A DNA stretch of 64,000 nt. Origin: Haliotis rubra (Eukaryota). The notes beneath the pieces are model-generated. The model did no database searches, was not told the origin of the DNA, and worked only from the letters and a program-made list of their open reading frames with translations. Every line of letters begins with the position of its first letter. Within the stretch, counting starts at the first letter, position 1. The stretch lies in NCBI RefSeq assembly GCF_003918875.1, contig NW_025767123.1, positions 868,001 to 932,000 of the forward strand, written 5' to 3'. Of the stretch, positions 24,640 to 36,811 are shown piece after piece. Both the position numbers and the translations under genes were made by a program.

Positions 24640-26770
24640 CTGCTTGCCAACCTTTCCCCATGCACCTTCAATGCATTCAACACATCTGAATATATCACAT
24701 AAGGCACTGGTCATTTATTACAGAAAGGAAAAGTGCAAGATCCACAAAATAACATATTTATTATCCTTATTGTTCAGTATATTAGTCAATAAATGTCAAT
24801 TCATACGTAGCAGCCATAAAATTACCTCATACAATTTGAAACTAGAGACTTTCTGATGTTTGCTAGAAGTTTAATGCCACACTCCAGCTATATTTCCAGC
24901 TATATGATGGCAACATGTAAATAATTGATTTTGGATCAGACAATCTGATGATTAATATTGTCAGCAACGTACCATTCCATTAGGATAGGATGGCATGCAT
25001 CAACCATGTCACCAAAGCCAGACCACCCAGTCCCTTTGTTTGCCTCTTAGGTCCAGCATAAGTTGTGGATCAAGAACAGAGGGGTGGCCTAGTGGTTAAA
25101 GTGTTTGCTCACCATGCCGAAGTCCTGGGTTCATTTCCCACATGGGTACAATGTGTGTAGCCTATTTCTGATATCCCTGGACCTGATATTGCTGGAATAT
25201 TGCTAAAAGCGGCGTAAATCTTTACATAGTCACTGCTGTGGATCAGAGTGTCATTGTACAATGCGATCATAGCGCTAAAGTGACCATAACTCCCATACCT
25301 TAATATAGACTTAAGGTTGTCTTAGCGCTAAGGTTGTTTTGTACAACAGCTCCCTGTTCTAACTGTGAGTCCACACACTGGGTTCTGATATGAGATCACA
25401 AGCTTCGTCTACATGAGTAGAGAGGGTTATTCTGTCCACTTCCTGACAAACCATAGTCAACTTTGGATGATTCTATGTCGTGGTATGTACCTTCTTTCAT
25501 CATCAGAATCCCCATCATTGAAAGCCCTTCCTTTCTCTAAATAGGGTGCAGTTACTTTTCCTAAAACTTGATATGAACATACTCAGATAAATGTTGGACA
25601 CCAGTAGGGCATAAAATTCTTGTGGGATTTGAACCACTGATCTCATCTAAGGCTGGAGCCTTGTCAACATGGCCACTGAGGTTAACTCTGTGATGTCTTA
25701 TGTTGGGTGACGCTATCCCATGGTGCACATACCCATGATTGGAATCAAACCTGGATCCATGGCATGATAAACAAACACTTGAGCCACTAGCCTACCCAAC
25801 AACTTCACCATTGATGTACATGTACTGATAATTAACATAAACTTTAATTATTATTTGTACTGAGGGTCATGTGACCTTTTCCAAAAATAAACATCTTGTA
25901 TTGTGTACTAGTAATATATTGGCATCAGGACTTTCACGGCCATAAGTTCCACTGCATATTCTTTACATATTTGCTTTACAAAACTGACCTAAAAATGATG
26001 TAATTTTCTGAATAAAATTGATATTTCATACTTATCCTGACTCATGCTTAATTGCTTGTCTCCTCTTCCTCTTGCGAACGTTAGTGGAACATTTGTTTCT
26101 CCTATTGAAGCTCCCTTCAATAAGAACAGACGTAAAATCACTACTCACCAAGAGTTATCCCTTGTTCCGTTTTGGCGGGAAACTGTGGCGCCACCTTTCC
26201 CACATGCTTCACTCTCTCCGGATTATGAGCCAGACACTTAAATTTGCAGGGAAATCCAAAGTGTCTAGTGGGGAGGTTGGGAGAGGGCTTACCTCATGAG
26301 TCAGGATAAGTATAAAATATCAATTTTATTCAGAAAATTACATATTTTCCCTTATCCTGACTCATGCTTAATTGCTTGTAGAATCGGTCGGATTTGGTGG
26401 TGGGTCAAGCTACTTCTGGATTTCTTTTAGTGATTTACGTCAGATATACCCCCCCTATGGGAACTTCGTATTGGCACTTGCTAGTCTCTGCTACTGCTGC
26501 GACCCTGTACTTCCAGCTGCCTTTTGACGGGGGGGACCACAATATTTAACGTTTGGTCCTTTCTTCTGTTAACATTTTATGTGGATTTTGCGACTCCATT
26601 TCTTGATGCAAGCACCAAGTGGTGAAGCGACCCTTTCCTGTACGAGTATCCTTACAAGTACTGGGTCCTATCACTTATGCTTGTCCTTAGACGTGCATTT
26701 AGACTTTAAGCAGAACTCTCCGGAGTGTAGGCTTTTTTCAAGTCATGTGATAAAAGGGCGAGACTTCTTC

Positions 26771-27800
26771 TCAACGCCTTTGAGGGACTGTCAACTGTTG
26801 TGCTACAACCAGCGGGCCGAAATGGTGAATGCCGGAGACGTCCTCGGTGGCGATGTCCCTCAGGTAGTGGTTTGCAAACACCATGTCCGATTTCCAAAAG
26901 CAGCCCTCCATTATCGTCGTGATCGAGCAATTCCCATGTAGAACGAGTGTTGACGCCAGAGCTCTAACTTCGTGTGGGTTGGAGGCTTTTGGAGGATCAA
27001 GTCCTGCTGCTTTGTAGGCCCGTAGTATGACAGTTCTGATCCAGATTGATATCGTAGTGCGGGAGACCTCTCTCTGTGTCGCTGTTGATATCGGGATGAA
27101 GAGACGCTTGAATTACTGTCTCCTGATCCTGGATCTTTGTAGGTATACTTTCAATGCCCTTACTGGGCACAAGGATAGGTCCGTCGTATCTTGTGGTCCA
27201 AGGACGGATGATAATGCTGGGATCTGTCCGGTTGACCTGGCAGTTGATTCTTTGATATGAAGTCCCATCGCAGTCCCATATGCATGGTGTTTTGATTTTC
27301 ATCAAATCGTGTTCTCTCGAAGTCCAGAGCATGTATTTCCGACATCCTTGCTGCTGTTGCTAGGGCTAGCAGGAACAGCGTCTTATGTGTCGAGAATTCG
27401 AAGGATGTCCTCTCTAATGGTTCGTAGACGTCACTGGTGAGATGTCGTAGAACAACGTTGAGGTCCCACGCCGGAGCTTTAAATCTCTGTTGTTGGTCCT
27501 CCAATTTATAAGAGCGTAGTAAGGCCAGTAACTCTGGTACTTTCGTCAGCTTGGCACCTGTCCTCATGGTGATGACTGAGCTCAATGCCGCTAGGTATGT
27601 TGAGAGTGTTGACCCTTTTAATCGCTTTGTTTGCCGTAGGTGACAAAGGTAGTCCGCCACTTGAGGGTGTGTCGCTTTTATGGCTGTAAAACCGTTCCTC
27701 GCAGCGTATGTCTCGAAGCTATGCCACTAGTGTTACTGCTTTCGCTGCCCTGGCGGAATATCCTCTCTTGTTCAAGCACACCTTAATACAGTCCACACGT
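26771..27800 (-). pseudogene. DIRS tyrosine recombinase (frameshifted)
   Basis: KTLFLLALATAARMSEIHAL (catalytic R), CPVRALKVY, PHEVRALAST (HxxR), FWKSDMVFANHY (catalytic Y). Stop at 26771-26773. Confidence 0.88.
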
Positions 27801-29685
27801 GTAGTCGGAACACCCCTGGGTTGCCGTGCGCCTGCTTTGTGTGAGGATGTACTAGCAGATTCGTCCACTCTGGTAGTTGCAGTTGAGGTGGTCCTAGTTC
27901 TTGTATGAGAATGGGGAACCATATTATCGCTGGCCAGTAGGGCGCGACCAAAATCAGTTGGAGGTCCTTCGTCTGGCAACACCCTCGGACATAAGCGCTG
28001 GCGGTGGAAACGCGTTCCCAGGATACGCTTAGAGCGTCCGTTGCCCATGCTTGTGGATCTGGCACTGGTGAGACGAATGTTGTCAGTTGATTGTTGAATC
28101 TCGTGGCGAAGAGGTCTATTAGCAGTACTTCCATCTCTTTGATGATCTGCTTGAAGATCTCTGGATGTAGCATCCATTCTGTTGGAGATGGTTGCGTTGG
28201 ACGGGAGAGTGCGTCTGCTATCACATTCTTGGCTCCCAGAATGTGTCATGCTCTTATTTGGATGTTCAGATCGTCTGTTAGGTCGAACAGTTGAAAGCAG
28301 AGGTCCAGGAGGTTCGATGACCGTGTTGATCCTTGCTTGTTTATGTAGAACGCCACTGTGGAGTTGTCCGTGTGCACCATCAGATGAGCATTCTGTAGAA
28401 TGGTGGTCCAGCGGAGTATGGCGTTTACGACTGCTTTCATTTCCAGCATGTTGATGTGCAGACCTTTCTCCTCTTTGGTCCATGTCCCGGCCGACACGTC
28501 GTTGTCGAGGTGTGTTCCCCAACCTTGGAGTGATGCGTCCACGTACAGATGTGTCTTGCACTCCGGCTCTGTTAAATAGGTGCCTTCGCAGACATTCGAT
28601 CTCTGAGTCCACCATAGTAGATGTGGTCGTAGTGCGTCCGGGAATTCCGAAGGATTCTGGGTCATCTAGATGAGCATTGACGAAGACCTGTAGTGGGCGT
28701 AGTTGTAACCTTCCTCTGGCTGTCATGTTTTGCGCTGACGTGAGGAGACCCAACAGACTCTGCCATTGTCGTAGTGGCCACGGAGAGCTTGCGAGATTGT
28801 CTGTTGTATCTTGAGCCATCGGTCCTCTGGTACTACTATGCAGTTCTGCGTCGTGAGGAACCGGATTCCTAGGAACTGCAGGTCCTCTGTAGGTTCAAGG
28901 TCCGACTTGAGGAGATTCACTAGCCACCACAGTTGTGTAAGCAGTCTGATGGTGAAGTCCAGTTGTAGTCTGTAGTCTGAGATGCTTGGGATCTTGATGG
29001 ACTTGAATCCCGTCGTCTAGGTAGAATGCACTGCGTAGGCCTTGATGATGTAGACTATGGGCTTCGTCACCCTTGTAAACAACCAGGGGGCCAATGATAT
29101 TCCAAATGGCAGGACCTTCCATTGGTAGTGTCGTCCATCCAGTATAAACCTCAGGTACTTCCTTGAGTCCGGATGTACAGGAATATGCAGGTAGGCGTCC
29201 TGTAGATCTATGCTGGCCATGTAGTCCCTCGGACGGACGAGGTGGAGTAATTGAGGTAGATGTATCATGCTGAACTTGGGAGGCCTGCGTAGATAATCTC
29301 TGTTGAACGCCCTCATATTGTAGATGAGTCGGAACTTTTCTTTGGAGTTTTTCTTGGGTACTAGGAAAACTGGGGATTAGAAACCTGGTGTGATGTGGTC
29401 TTGATCCACTACTTCTATGGCTTTCTTTACTAGTAGAGATGTAACCGCCTCTCGTAGCCTCTCTGTCCGATGGGTCTTGAAGTCGAACTTTTGAGGGTCG
29501 ACTGTTAACAGCGGAGCTGCTTGTAGTTGTATGTGATATCCGTCTCTTAGGATGTTGGATACAAATGGACCTTGAAGTAGTCCCCAGTTCTCCCAGTATA
29601 GTTGAAGACGTCCACCCACTTGTGAAGGTTGTACGGGAACGGCTGGGGGGTGGAAGACTCCAGTCCTTCCGAACCCCTCTTTCAT
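27772..29685 (-). pseudogene. DIRS pol: reverse transcriptase, RNase H and methyltransferase-like domains (frameshifted)
   Basis: VGGRLQLYWENW, IDLQDAYLHIPV, LPFGISLAPWLFT, FYLDD; RNase H LYVDASLQGWG, HINMLEMKAV, HTDNSTV, ADALSR; MT-like IDLFATRFN. Confidence 0.88.
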
Positions 29686-31943
29686 CGTCGATGATCCCTG
29701 GCGCCTCTGGGTGCCCTGCCTCGTCCAGGTCGTCCTCTATAGTTGCCGGCTGGGCGACGAAAAGAGTCCTTCCCGCCCCTGGAGGTGCTCATTTTCTTGT
29801 CTCTTGCCTTCTGAAGACCGACGAACTTCGACTTGCCCGAGTAGCGCTGGGATGTCTGCCTGATGACACTGGCCAGTGTATCGATGGACTTTATCATGAG
29901 GACCTCCCTGGAGTCTTTGGTTACTTCCTTGGCGACGTCGTCAATCTCTCCAGCGAAGATGGATGGAGTCGACCATGGGGCTCTGTAGAGGGACTGAGTG
30001 AAGCGTTCACTCCAGTTGCAGTATGCGAGGAGACCTTGTCGTCTTGCCGAAGTCAAAGCTGCGGAGATGGACGATAGATGGTCCGTCATAAACTGCTGGT
30101 CCTTCTTCTGCATGAGTAACGCAGAGTAGATCATCCGGTCTTCTTCTGCAGTAGAGTCCCTGAACTTAGCGATGAGCGTCTCGTTTACTGTCCTGGATCT
30201 GTTGAGGCCGAAGAACATCCGCCTGGTCATCGTCTCAATTGGCGCCAACTTCTTGTCGTCGATCTTATAAGACTTGGTCTTGGAGTCGTTGATGACTTTG
30301 TAGTTATCGTCGATCTCCTACGCTTTCAGAAATGGGTCCATGTTGTCGAGCGAGAACTTCTTGGCATTGAACTGTGGAGGATGCGGTGCCTGAGATTTCG
30401 TGGCCTTCTTGAAGGCTGCATCTAAGTTCTCTGGAACCTCCGAGATAGGATCAATTGGTGGTAGAGTGATCGTGTCGACGTCATCGTCCTGCATCAGGTA
30501 AGTCTGAGCTGCATTCTCTTCCTTAGAGGGTGACGCTTAGTCCAGACCGTTGGCCATCCAGTATCTGATCTCCGAGTCCGAGAAGATGATCCCGCCGTCG
30601 TCCTCTGTGACAGGTGCGCTGATCTGGGAATGTTGATCCTCCTCCGATGTTGATCTGCGTGGTGACCTTCGCGGCTGCGGAGGCCTGCGTGGGGACCTGC
30701 GTGGAGACCTGCGTGGAGACCTTCGTGGAGACCTTCACGGAGACCTGCGCAGACCTGCGCCTGCACGGAGAGACCTGCGTGGAGATCGGCGTGGAGAGGA
30801 ACCCGGCGAACTGCGTCTGTAAGGCGACCTGCGTGGAGACCTGCGCGGAGGTGAGCGTCTCTGGGTTCGCAAATGCCTCGGTGAATCCCTCGACGATCTA
30901 TGCGATGTTGAAGATGTCCTTGAGGCTGTGTCAGAAGTCTTTCGCGAGTGCCTTCGCGAATGCTGATCATCTGATTCGGCATCTGGGGATAGGCGTGTCG
31001 ACCTTCACGCAGGCTGGTTGACGTCCTGAAGCGTAGCTCTGTTCCCAGTCGTCACGTTGCTGGAAGGCCTCTTCGAAGTCTCAGCTGCATTGGCACCTTC
31101 GCGAAGGTCTGGGTCCGCTCTGCGGTCTGGTTGTTGATCATGCGATGCCCTTTCCAGTGCGAAGCGCCTGTCCATCATCTCCATGATCTGCTGTGAGAAC
31201 TGCTGCATGAATTCCCCCGGGTTGAATGTCTGCGGTGAGAGATTAGCTGCCCTCTCAGCGTTGGTAGCGATATGGCAAAGGGATCGCTCATCTGTCGTCA
31301 GTGTAGATACCTCGGACTGCGTAGACAACTGCGCTGATGTTACTGTTGCTGAGGCCCGCTTCTTGCGGTGATGTATCTCATGGATGATGAGCGGCGGCTC
31401 ATCATAGAGTCCTCTTTCTGTCATCGGAACAATCTCGGCCAAGAAAGTTCTAGTAGTCTGCGCAGACGTCCCCGTAGAGTCGGTTGTCGTCTTAGGGTTG
31501 TGTAGCCTTCTCTGCGTAGAGGATGGCTTCTTTTTCTTAGTCTGCGATGATGGGATGTCCGGAGCGGCAGCCCTCTTCTTGGAGGTGGCGGACAACGTCC
31601 CACGCCCGTCCCCTGAGGAAATCTCCGGTGCATCACTTGAAGGAAGAGGGTCGTCTGACATCAGTTGACCCGTGAGGGACTCAGCCGGCTTATCCATGAC
31701 TTGACAAAGCCGTCTTGACCTGTCTGCAGCACGTCTAAGTACGCAAAGAAGGTATTTATTAAATGAAAAATTGGTTAAATGCTGACAATAAATGCAGCGC
31801 GAGCTGAAAGTACATGGCGTAGTGCAGCTAGGGCACAGTTGATGCGGGTCTGCAGCAGAGAATCTAAATCTACAACGAAAACAGGATTTCATGAAATGTA
31901 AACAACTGAACAAACACGGACAAACCGTGAATAAACAGTGCAA
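29682..31943 (-). pseudogene. DIRS gag-like ORF1 (interrupted)
   Basis: Cys-rich N-terminus CFRC...HQLCPSC...CTFSSRCIYC, RRSP-repeat middle, basic Arg/Gly-rich C-terminus. Interrupted by stops such as TGA at 31005-31007. Confidence 0.7.
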
Positions 31944-32295
31944 AATACGAATAAATATTAACCCATATTGTTGTAAGATACTTCCTAAACCTCTATAAAA
32001 GTAAAATAGACGGTAATAACTAATTAATGAAAGGATATAGTGCCGTATAGGAGACCCAGGCGCTCTCCCAACCGCTCACTAGGGCGAGGAAGGAGAGAGT
32101 GAAGCATTGGGAATGGTGGCGCCACAGTTTCCCGCCAAAACGGATCAACGGCTAACTCTTGGTGACTAGTGATTTTACGTCTGTTTTTATTGAAGGGAGC
32201 TTCAATAGGAGAAACAAGTGTTCCACTAACGTTCGCAAGAGGAAGGAGACAAGCAATTAAGCATGAGTAAGGATAAGGGAAAATAAATAATGAAT

Positions 32296-33990
32296 ATATG
32301 TACAAGTACCGTGCAGGGATAGTGGATTGGTCGTGAAGGTAATGTGCAAGTACCGTGATTGTATAGCGGATGTGTCGTGAAGGTTATATGCAGGTACCGT
32401 ACATAGGTCGTGAAGGTTATGTGCAAGTACCGTACATAGGTCGTGAAGGTTATGTGCAGGTACTGTGCATGTATAGTGAATGTATCGTTAAGGTTATGTG
32501 CAAGTACCGTGCAGGTATAGCGCATGTGTCGTGAAGGTTATGTGTAAGTACCGTCCAGGTATAGTGAATGTGTCGTGAAGGTTATGTGCAAGTACCGTGC
32601 ATGTATAGCGGATGTGTCGTGAAGGTTATGTGCAAGTACCGTGCATGTATAGTGAATGTGTCGTGAAGGTTATGTGCAAGTACCGTGCAGGTATAGTGAA
32701 GGTTATGAGTGAAGGTATATGTGCAAGTGTATGTGTCGTGAAGGTTATGTGCAAGTACCGTGCATGTATAGTGAATGTCGTTGTGAAGGTTATGTGCAAG
32801 TACCGTGCATGTATGGAATGTGTATAGTGAATGTGTCGTGAAGGTTATGTGCAAGTACCGTGCATGTATAGTGAATGTGTCGTGAAGGTTATGTGCAAGT
32901 ACCTTGCATGTATAGTGAATGTGTCGTGAAGGTTATGTGCAAGTACCGTGCATGTATAGTGAATGTGTCGTGAAGGTTATGTGCAAGTACCGTGTGTATA
33001 GTGAATGTGTCGTGAAGGTTATGTGCAAGTACCTTGCAGGTATATGAATGTGTCGTGAAGTTTATGTACCGCATGCAAGGTATAGTGCATGTATAGCGGA
33101 TGTGTCGTGAAGGTTATGTGCAAGTACCGTGCATGTATAGCGGATGTGTCGTGAACGTTATGTGCAAGTACCGTGCATGTATAGTGGATGTGTCGTGAAG
33201 GTTATGTGCAAGTACCGTGCATGTATAGTGGATGTGTCGTGAAGGTTATGTGTAAGTACCGTCAAGCTATAGTGAATGTGTCGTGAAGGTTATGTGCAAG
33301 TACCGTGCATGTATAACGGATTTGTCGTGAAGGTTATGTGCAAGTACCGTGCAGGTTTCGTGAAGTTTATGAGCAAGTACCGTGTATGTATAGTGAATGT
33401 ATCGGAAGGTTATGTGCAAGTACCGTGCAGGTATAGTGGATGTGTCGTCAAGGTTATGTGAATGTACCGTGCATGTATAACGGATGTGTCGTGAAGGTTA
33501 TGTGGAAGTACAGGGCATGTATAGCGCATGTGTCGTGAAGGTTATGTGGAAGAACCGTCCAGGTATAGTGAAGGTTATGTGCAAGTACCGTCCAGGTATA
33601 GTGAATGTGTCGTGAAGGATATGTGCAAGTACCGTGTATGCATAGTCGATGTGTAGTGAAGGTTATGTGCAAGTACCGTGCATGTATAGCGGATGTGTCG
33701 TGCGGGTTATGTGCAAGTACCGTGCATGTATAGTGAATGTGTCGTGAAGGTTATGTGCAAGTACCGTGCATGTATAGTGAATGTGTTGTGAACGTTATGT
33801 GCAAGTACCGTGCATGTATAGCGCATGTGTCGTGAACGTTATGTGCAAGTACCGTGCATGTATAGCGCATTTGTCGTGAACGTTATGTGCAAGTACCGTG
33901 CATGTATAGCGCATGTGTCATGAAGGTTATGTGCAAGTACCGTGCATGTATAGCGCATGTGTCGTGAACGTTATGTGCCAGTACCGTGCA
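32296..33990. repeat. 44-bp minisatellite, long array downstream of fragment D
   Basis: Regular 44-bp units, abutting the DIRS terminus. Confidence 0.93.
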
Positions 33991-34030
33991 TATTGTTTAT
34001 GCCTGCTGACTTTTTTAGGGAGTCTGAGTA

Positions 34031-34594
34031 TTAGGCAGGATCTATGAACATGTAGATGCTTTTACATTCGTGAGTGGTACCATCGTCAAGAGCCCAGTAA
34101 ATGTTATATTGTTGGTGAGGATTCGTCTGGCAGACGTCTAGCCTGTTCAACCAGGCTCCACGATGCCACTCAGCACATGGGTTGACTGAGTTGTTGCAGT
34201 GATCATTGGCACAGAAGTGAACCCCATCCAGGGATGATGCTGGGTACCCTAGGTTGAAGCGGTCTCCGAAAACGCCATCCCGAGTGAACTCGGACACCGA
34301 CAGTCGATACTCCGAGGCCTCGTCCCCCACGGAGAAGGGGTTGTAAGATACTTGTCCGGGAGTGGTATCAAATCTCTTCAGTGACATGTACAGCGTGTAA
34401 GGTCTGACGCTGGTCAGAGCATGTATCTTCTCCAGACCCAGCCACATGTAACAGTTGGAGTGGGTGAAACCAGACTTGTGGTCGGCCCAGGGAACGTCGA
34501 GGTACGTCACGGGCGCCGCCTCGCAGCCACTGATGGTTTTGTCCCTGAACATGATCATAGTAGTGACGCCTTGACATTCCAAGTCAAACGGTTG
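34031..34594 (-). pseudogene. Orphan FReD exon-3 fragment (copy D), 5'-truncated
   Basis: Reads QPFDLECQG...FIDPA*. Homology to paralogues ends abruptly at 34594 and the splice acceptor is gone. No exon 1 or exon 2 seen between 34.6 and 41.1 kb. GAWW is changed to GAWL. Confidence 0.8.
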
Positions 34595-35617
34595 ACGTTC
34601 ATGGCTAACACTGCTTTCATGAGGCCAGTTCAGCAAAGAAAGGATAGGGTGTATCGTGGACTGGACTTCGATACTGGAAATTATTCTGACGAAGAGTTAC
34701 ATACGAAACTGTAACTATACACTTCATAGGAACTAAAATACATGTTGTACAAGAACATGATGCCTACGTTTCATCTTTTATCACTTGTGTAAAGGTTTAT
34801 ATATGTTTTACTACACTAAATGTGTGAATTTCCTCTGTAAATATATTATTCAAACAAACACTTTCAAAGAATCAAACACATACACCCTATACCCACGTAT
34901 GATATGATATTGGACAAGACTAAATGTAAATAATTAAATTATTTTTATGAAAAAACATCCGAATGATTACATTATGATACTGAAAGTGTAATCGGCGGGA
35001 TATGGTGATTGTGTATACTCTTATTCTACCGACCTTCACCTCAGAGAAATTGCCAAATATGTACAACAATGTTGACGTATGACATCACTACCGTTGAGAT
35101 TTCTTAAAAAATGGCGGCAGACATGGGTTTTGCGAGGACCCTTCCTTTGATTCAGGGATCGTTTGTACATAAATATGAGATGTAAGTAATCAGAATGATT
35201 CTAACTATCTGTGTATTGTTACATGTTTTTTTCATTTTAAGAAAGAGAAGAAGCGGCCAGAAATGCCGATTATCACCGTTGTCGTTCTGCGTGATTTTGC
35301 GTCAGTCATGGCATCACGCTGCGCAGAAACTTGACAGTTTCGTATAAACACGTATCACATTCCTGTATTGCATCTATTTTTAATTTCCTATTTCTTGCTA
35401 CTATGCTCTTTCCATGCAAAAGGGTGTCTGAAAATTGAGAAAATGCAACACAGTATAAAGTCTGAAATTGTCTTTGTTTACATTTCAGACAGGTGTTGTC
35501 TTTCGAGCACGGCATTTGTTTCCACCTCCAATATCTTTCGTTTCAGTTTATCTAGACACTTGGTATTGGTGACAAAGACCAGTTGTAATTAGATTCTCAA
35601 ATGTATGAGGAATTCAG

Positions 35618-36811
35618 TAGGGCTGGGACGAGTAGGAAAAAAAGGGAATCGAGTACCCGCATGTACTTACCCGAATCGATATCGAGTACCCGGAAATGTA
35701 AGAAATACAATATTCGGGTCAACCTCTGAATATTCAATCACGATTTGACAGAGACTATTATAGAAAACTTGAAAAAGTGGTAATAAGACATTAAAACTCA
35801 CCTCAAGCTATTTAATTTACGTCTGTTTAACCAATATAGACAGTAACACCATTACTTACACTCCTCGTTATAACAACGAACGTTTCGTTCCTGTTGCTAC
35901 TGTAACTTAACTACTCACTGCTCATGCACAGATAAATTACAGTCATTAAAACTATGCTCCATTAATCGGACAATACCAATGATGTAAAAACCCGTGAATT
36001 TCCGGGTTAGAATATTTATCTTCAGTAACCCATGCTTGTCGTAAGAGGCGACTAACGGGATCGGGTGGTCAGACTCGCTAACTTGGTTGACACATGTCAT
36101 CGTATCCCAGTTGCGCACATCGATGCTCATATTGTTGATCACTGGATTGTCTGGTCCAGACTCGATTATTTACAGAGCGCCGCCATATAGCTGGAATATT
36201 TTTGAGTGCGGCGTAAACCTAAACTCACTCACTCAATGATGTAAATGTGTGGCATATTGTAACATCACACATTGATATTTAGGTAGATATAATACTAACC
36301 TATGAAATTAAACACAAATCAGGACATATGTGTGGGGTTAAAGTTGTTTTTAAGAGCCCGGGCCAAGCCGGACCGAAAGCATGACTGTGATGCTGTGTGG
36401 TTGTTGAGAATGTATAGAAAATAGGGCTTCACTTTAAGCAACGTGTTTGCTTCAAATACTACGCTTTGAGACTCTATAAAGACGTACTTAGGTAGATATA
36501 ACTCTATTCTAGAGATATAGACAGAAATAAGGATACATGTGTGAGGGTTAAGGTGTTTTTTGACAGCACGGGCCAAGTCGGGCTGAACAGAGACTGAAGA
36601 CTTTTCATTGAGGCTATATTGTGAATGGAGAGAGGAAAGGGCTTCATTTTAACGGAGCAGTTATCAACGAAAACGAAAAAAGACAAGCTATTGTCTGCCC
36701 TTGTCATTACAGAGCTCTCTCCCTTTCCGGGTACCCGTTTCCTAGAAATAGGACTCGATTCCAGCTGTACCCGACCCGGATTCGAGTACCGTAGTACCAG
36801 TCCCAGCCTTA
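35618..36811. mobile_element. Non-autonomous hAT-like element with nested SINE
   Basis: 8-bp TSD GAATTCAG (35610-35617, 36812-36819), TIR TA(G/A)GGCTGGGAC, subterminal CGAGTACC repeats. Confidence 0.8.
35989..36233 (+). mobile_element. SINE family 2 (GTCGTAAGAGGCGAC hairpin core)
   Basis: TSD CAATGATGTAAA and (CACT)n tail. Related copies at ~11025-11235, 20640-20790(-), 38951-39196(-), 40833-41085, 51926-52164, 53571-53780, 63060-63210(-). Confidence 0.8.

Larger units (their letters stand above)
25998..32285 (-). mobile_element. DIRS1-type tyrosine-recombinase retrotransposon, full length, decayed
   Basis: Inverted terminal repeats ~26030-26219 and 32092-32277. ICR at 26295-26378 is complementary to both termini. 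ORF order gag, RT, RNase H, MT, YR on the minus strand. Confidence 0.93.

Noticed and set aside
25380-25567. Possible minus-strand exon of an unrelated gene (GKVTAPYLEKGRAFNDGDSDDERR)
   Set aside because: A plausible acceptor exists, but there are no partner exons, recognisable domain or duplicate support.
27719-28819. 366-aa ORF inside the DIRS element
   Set aside because: A frameshift mosaic: a short RT segment running into an overlapping frame and the start of the YR region. Not treated as an independent gene, though an overlapping YR leader cannot be excluded.
32296-33990. CRISPR-like appearance of the repeat arrays
   Set aside because: Units are contiguous with no unique spacers, there are no cas genes, and the context is eukaryotic.
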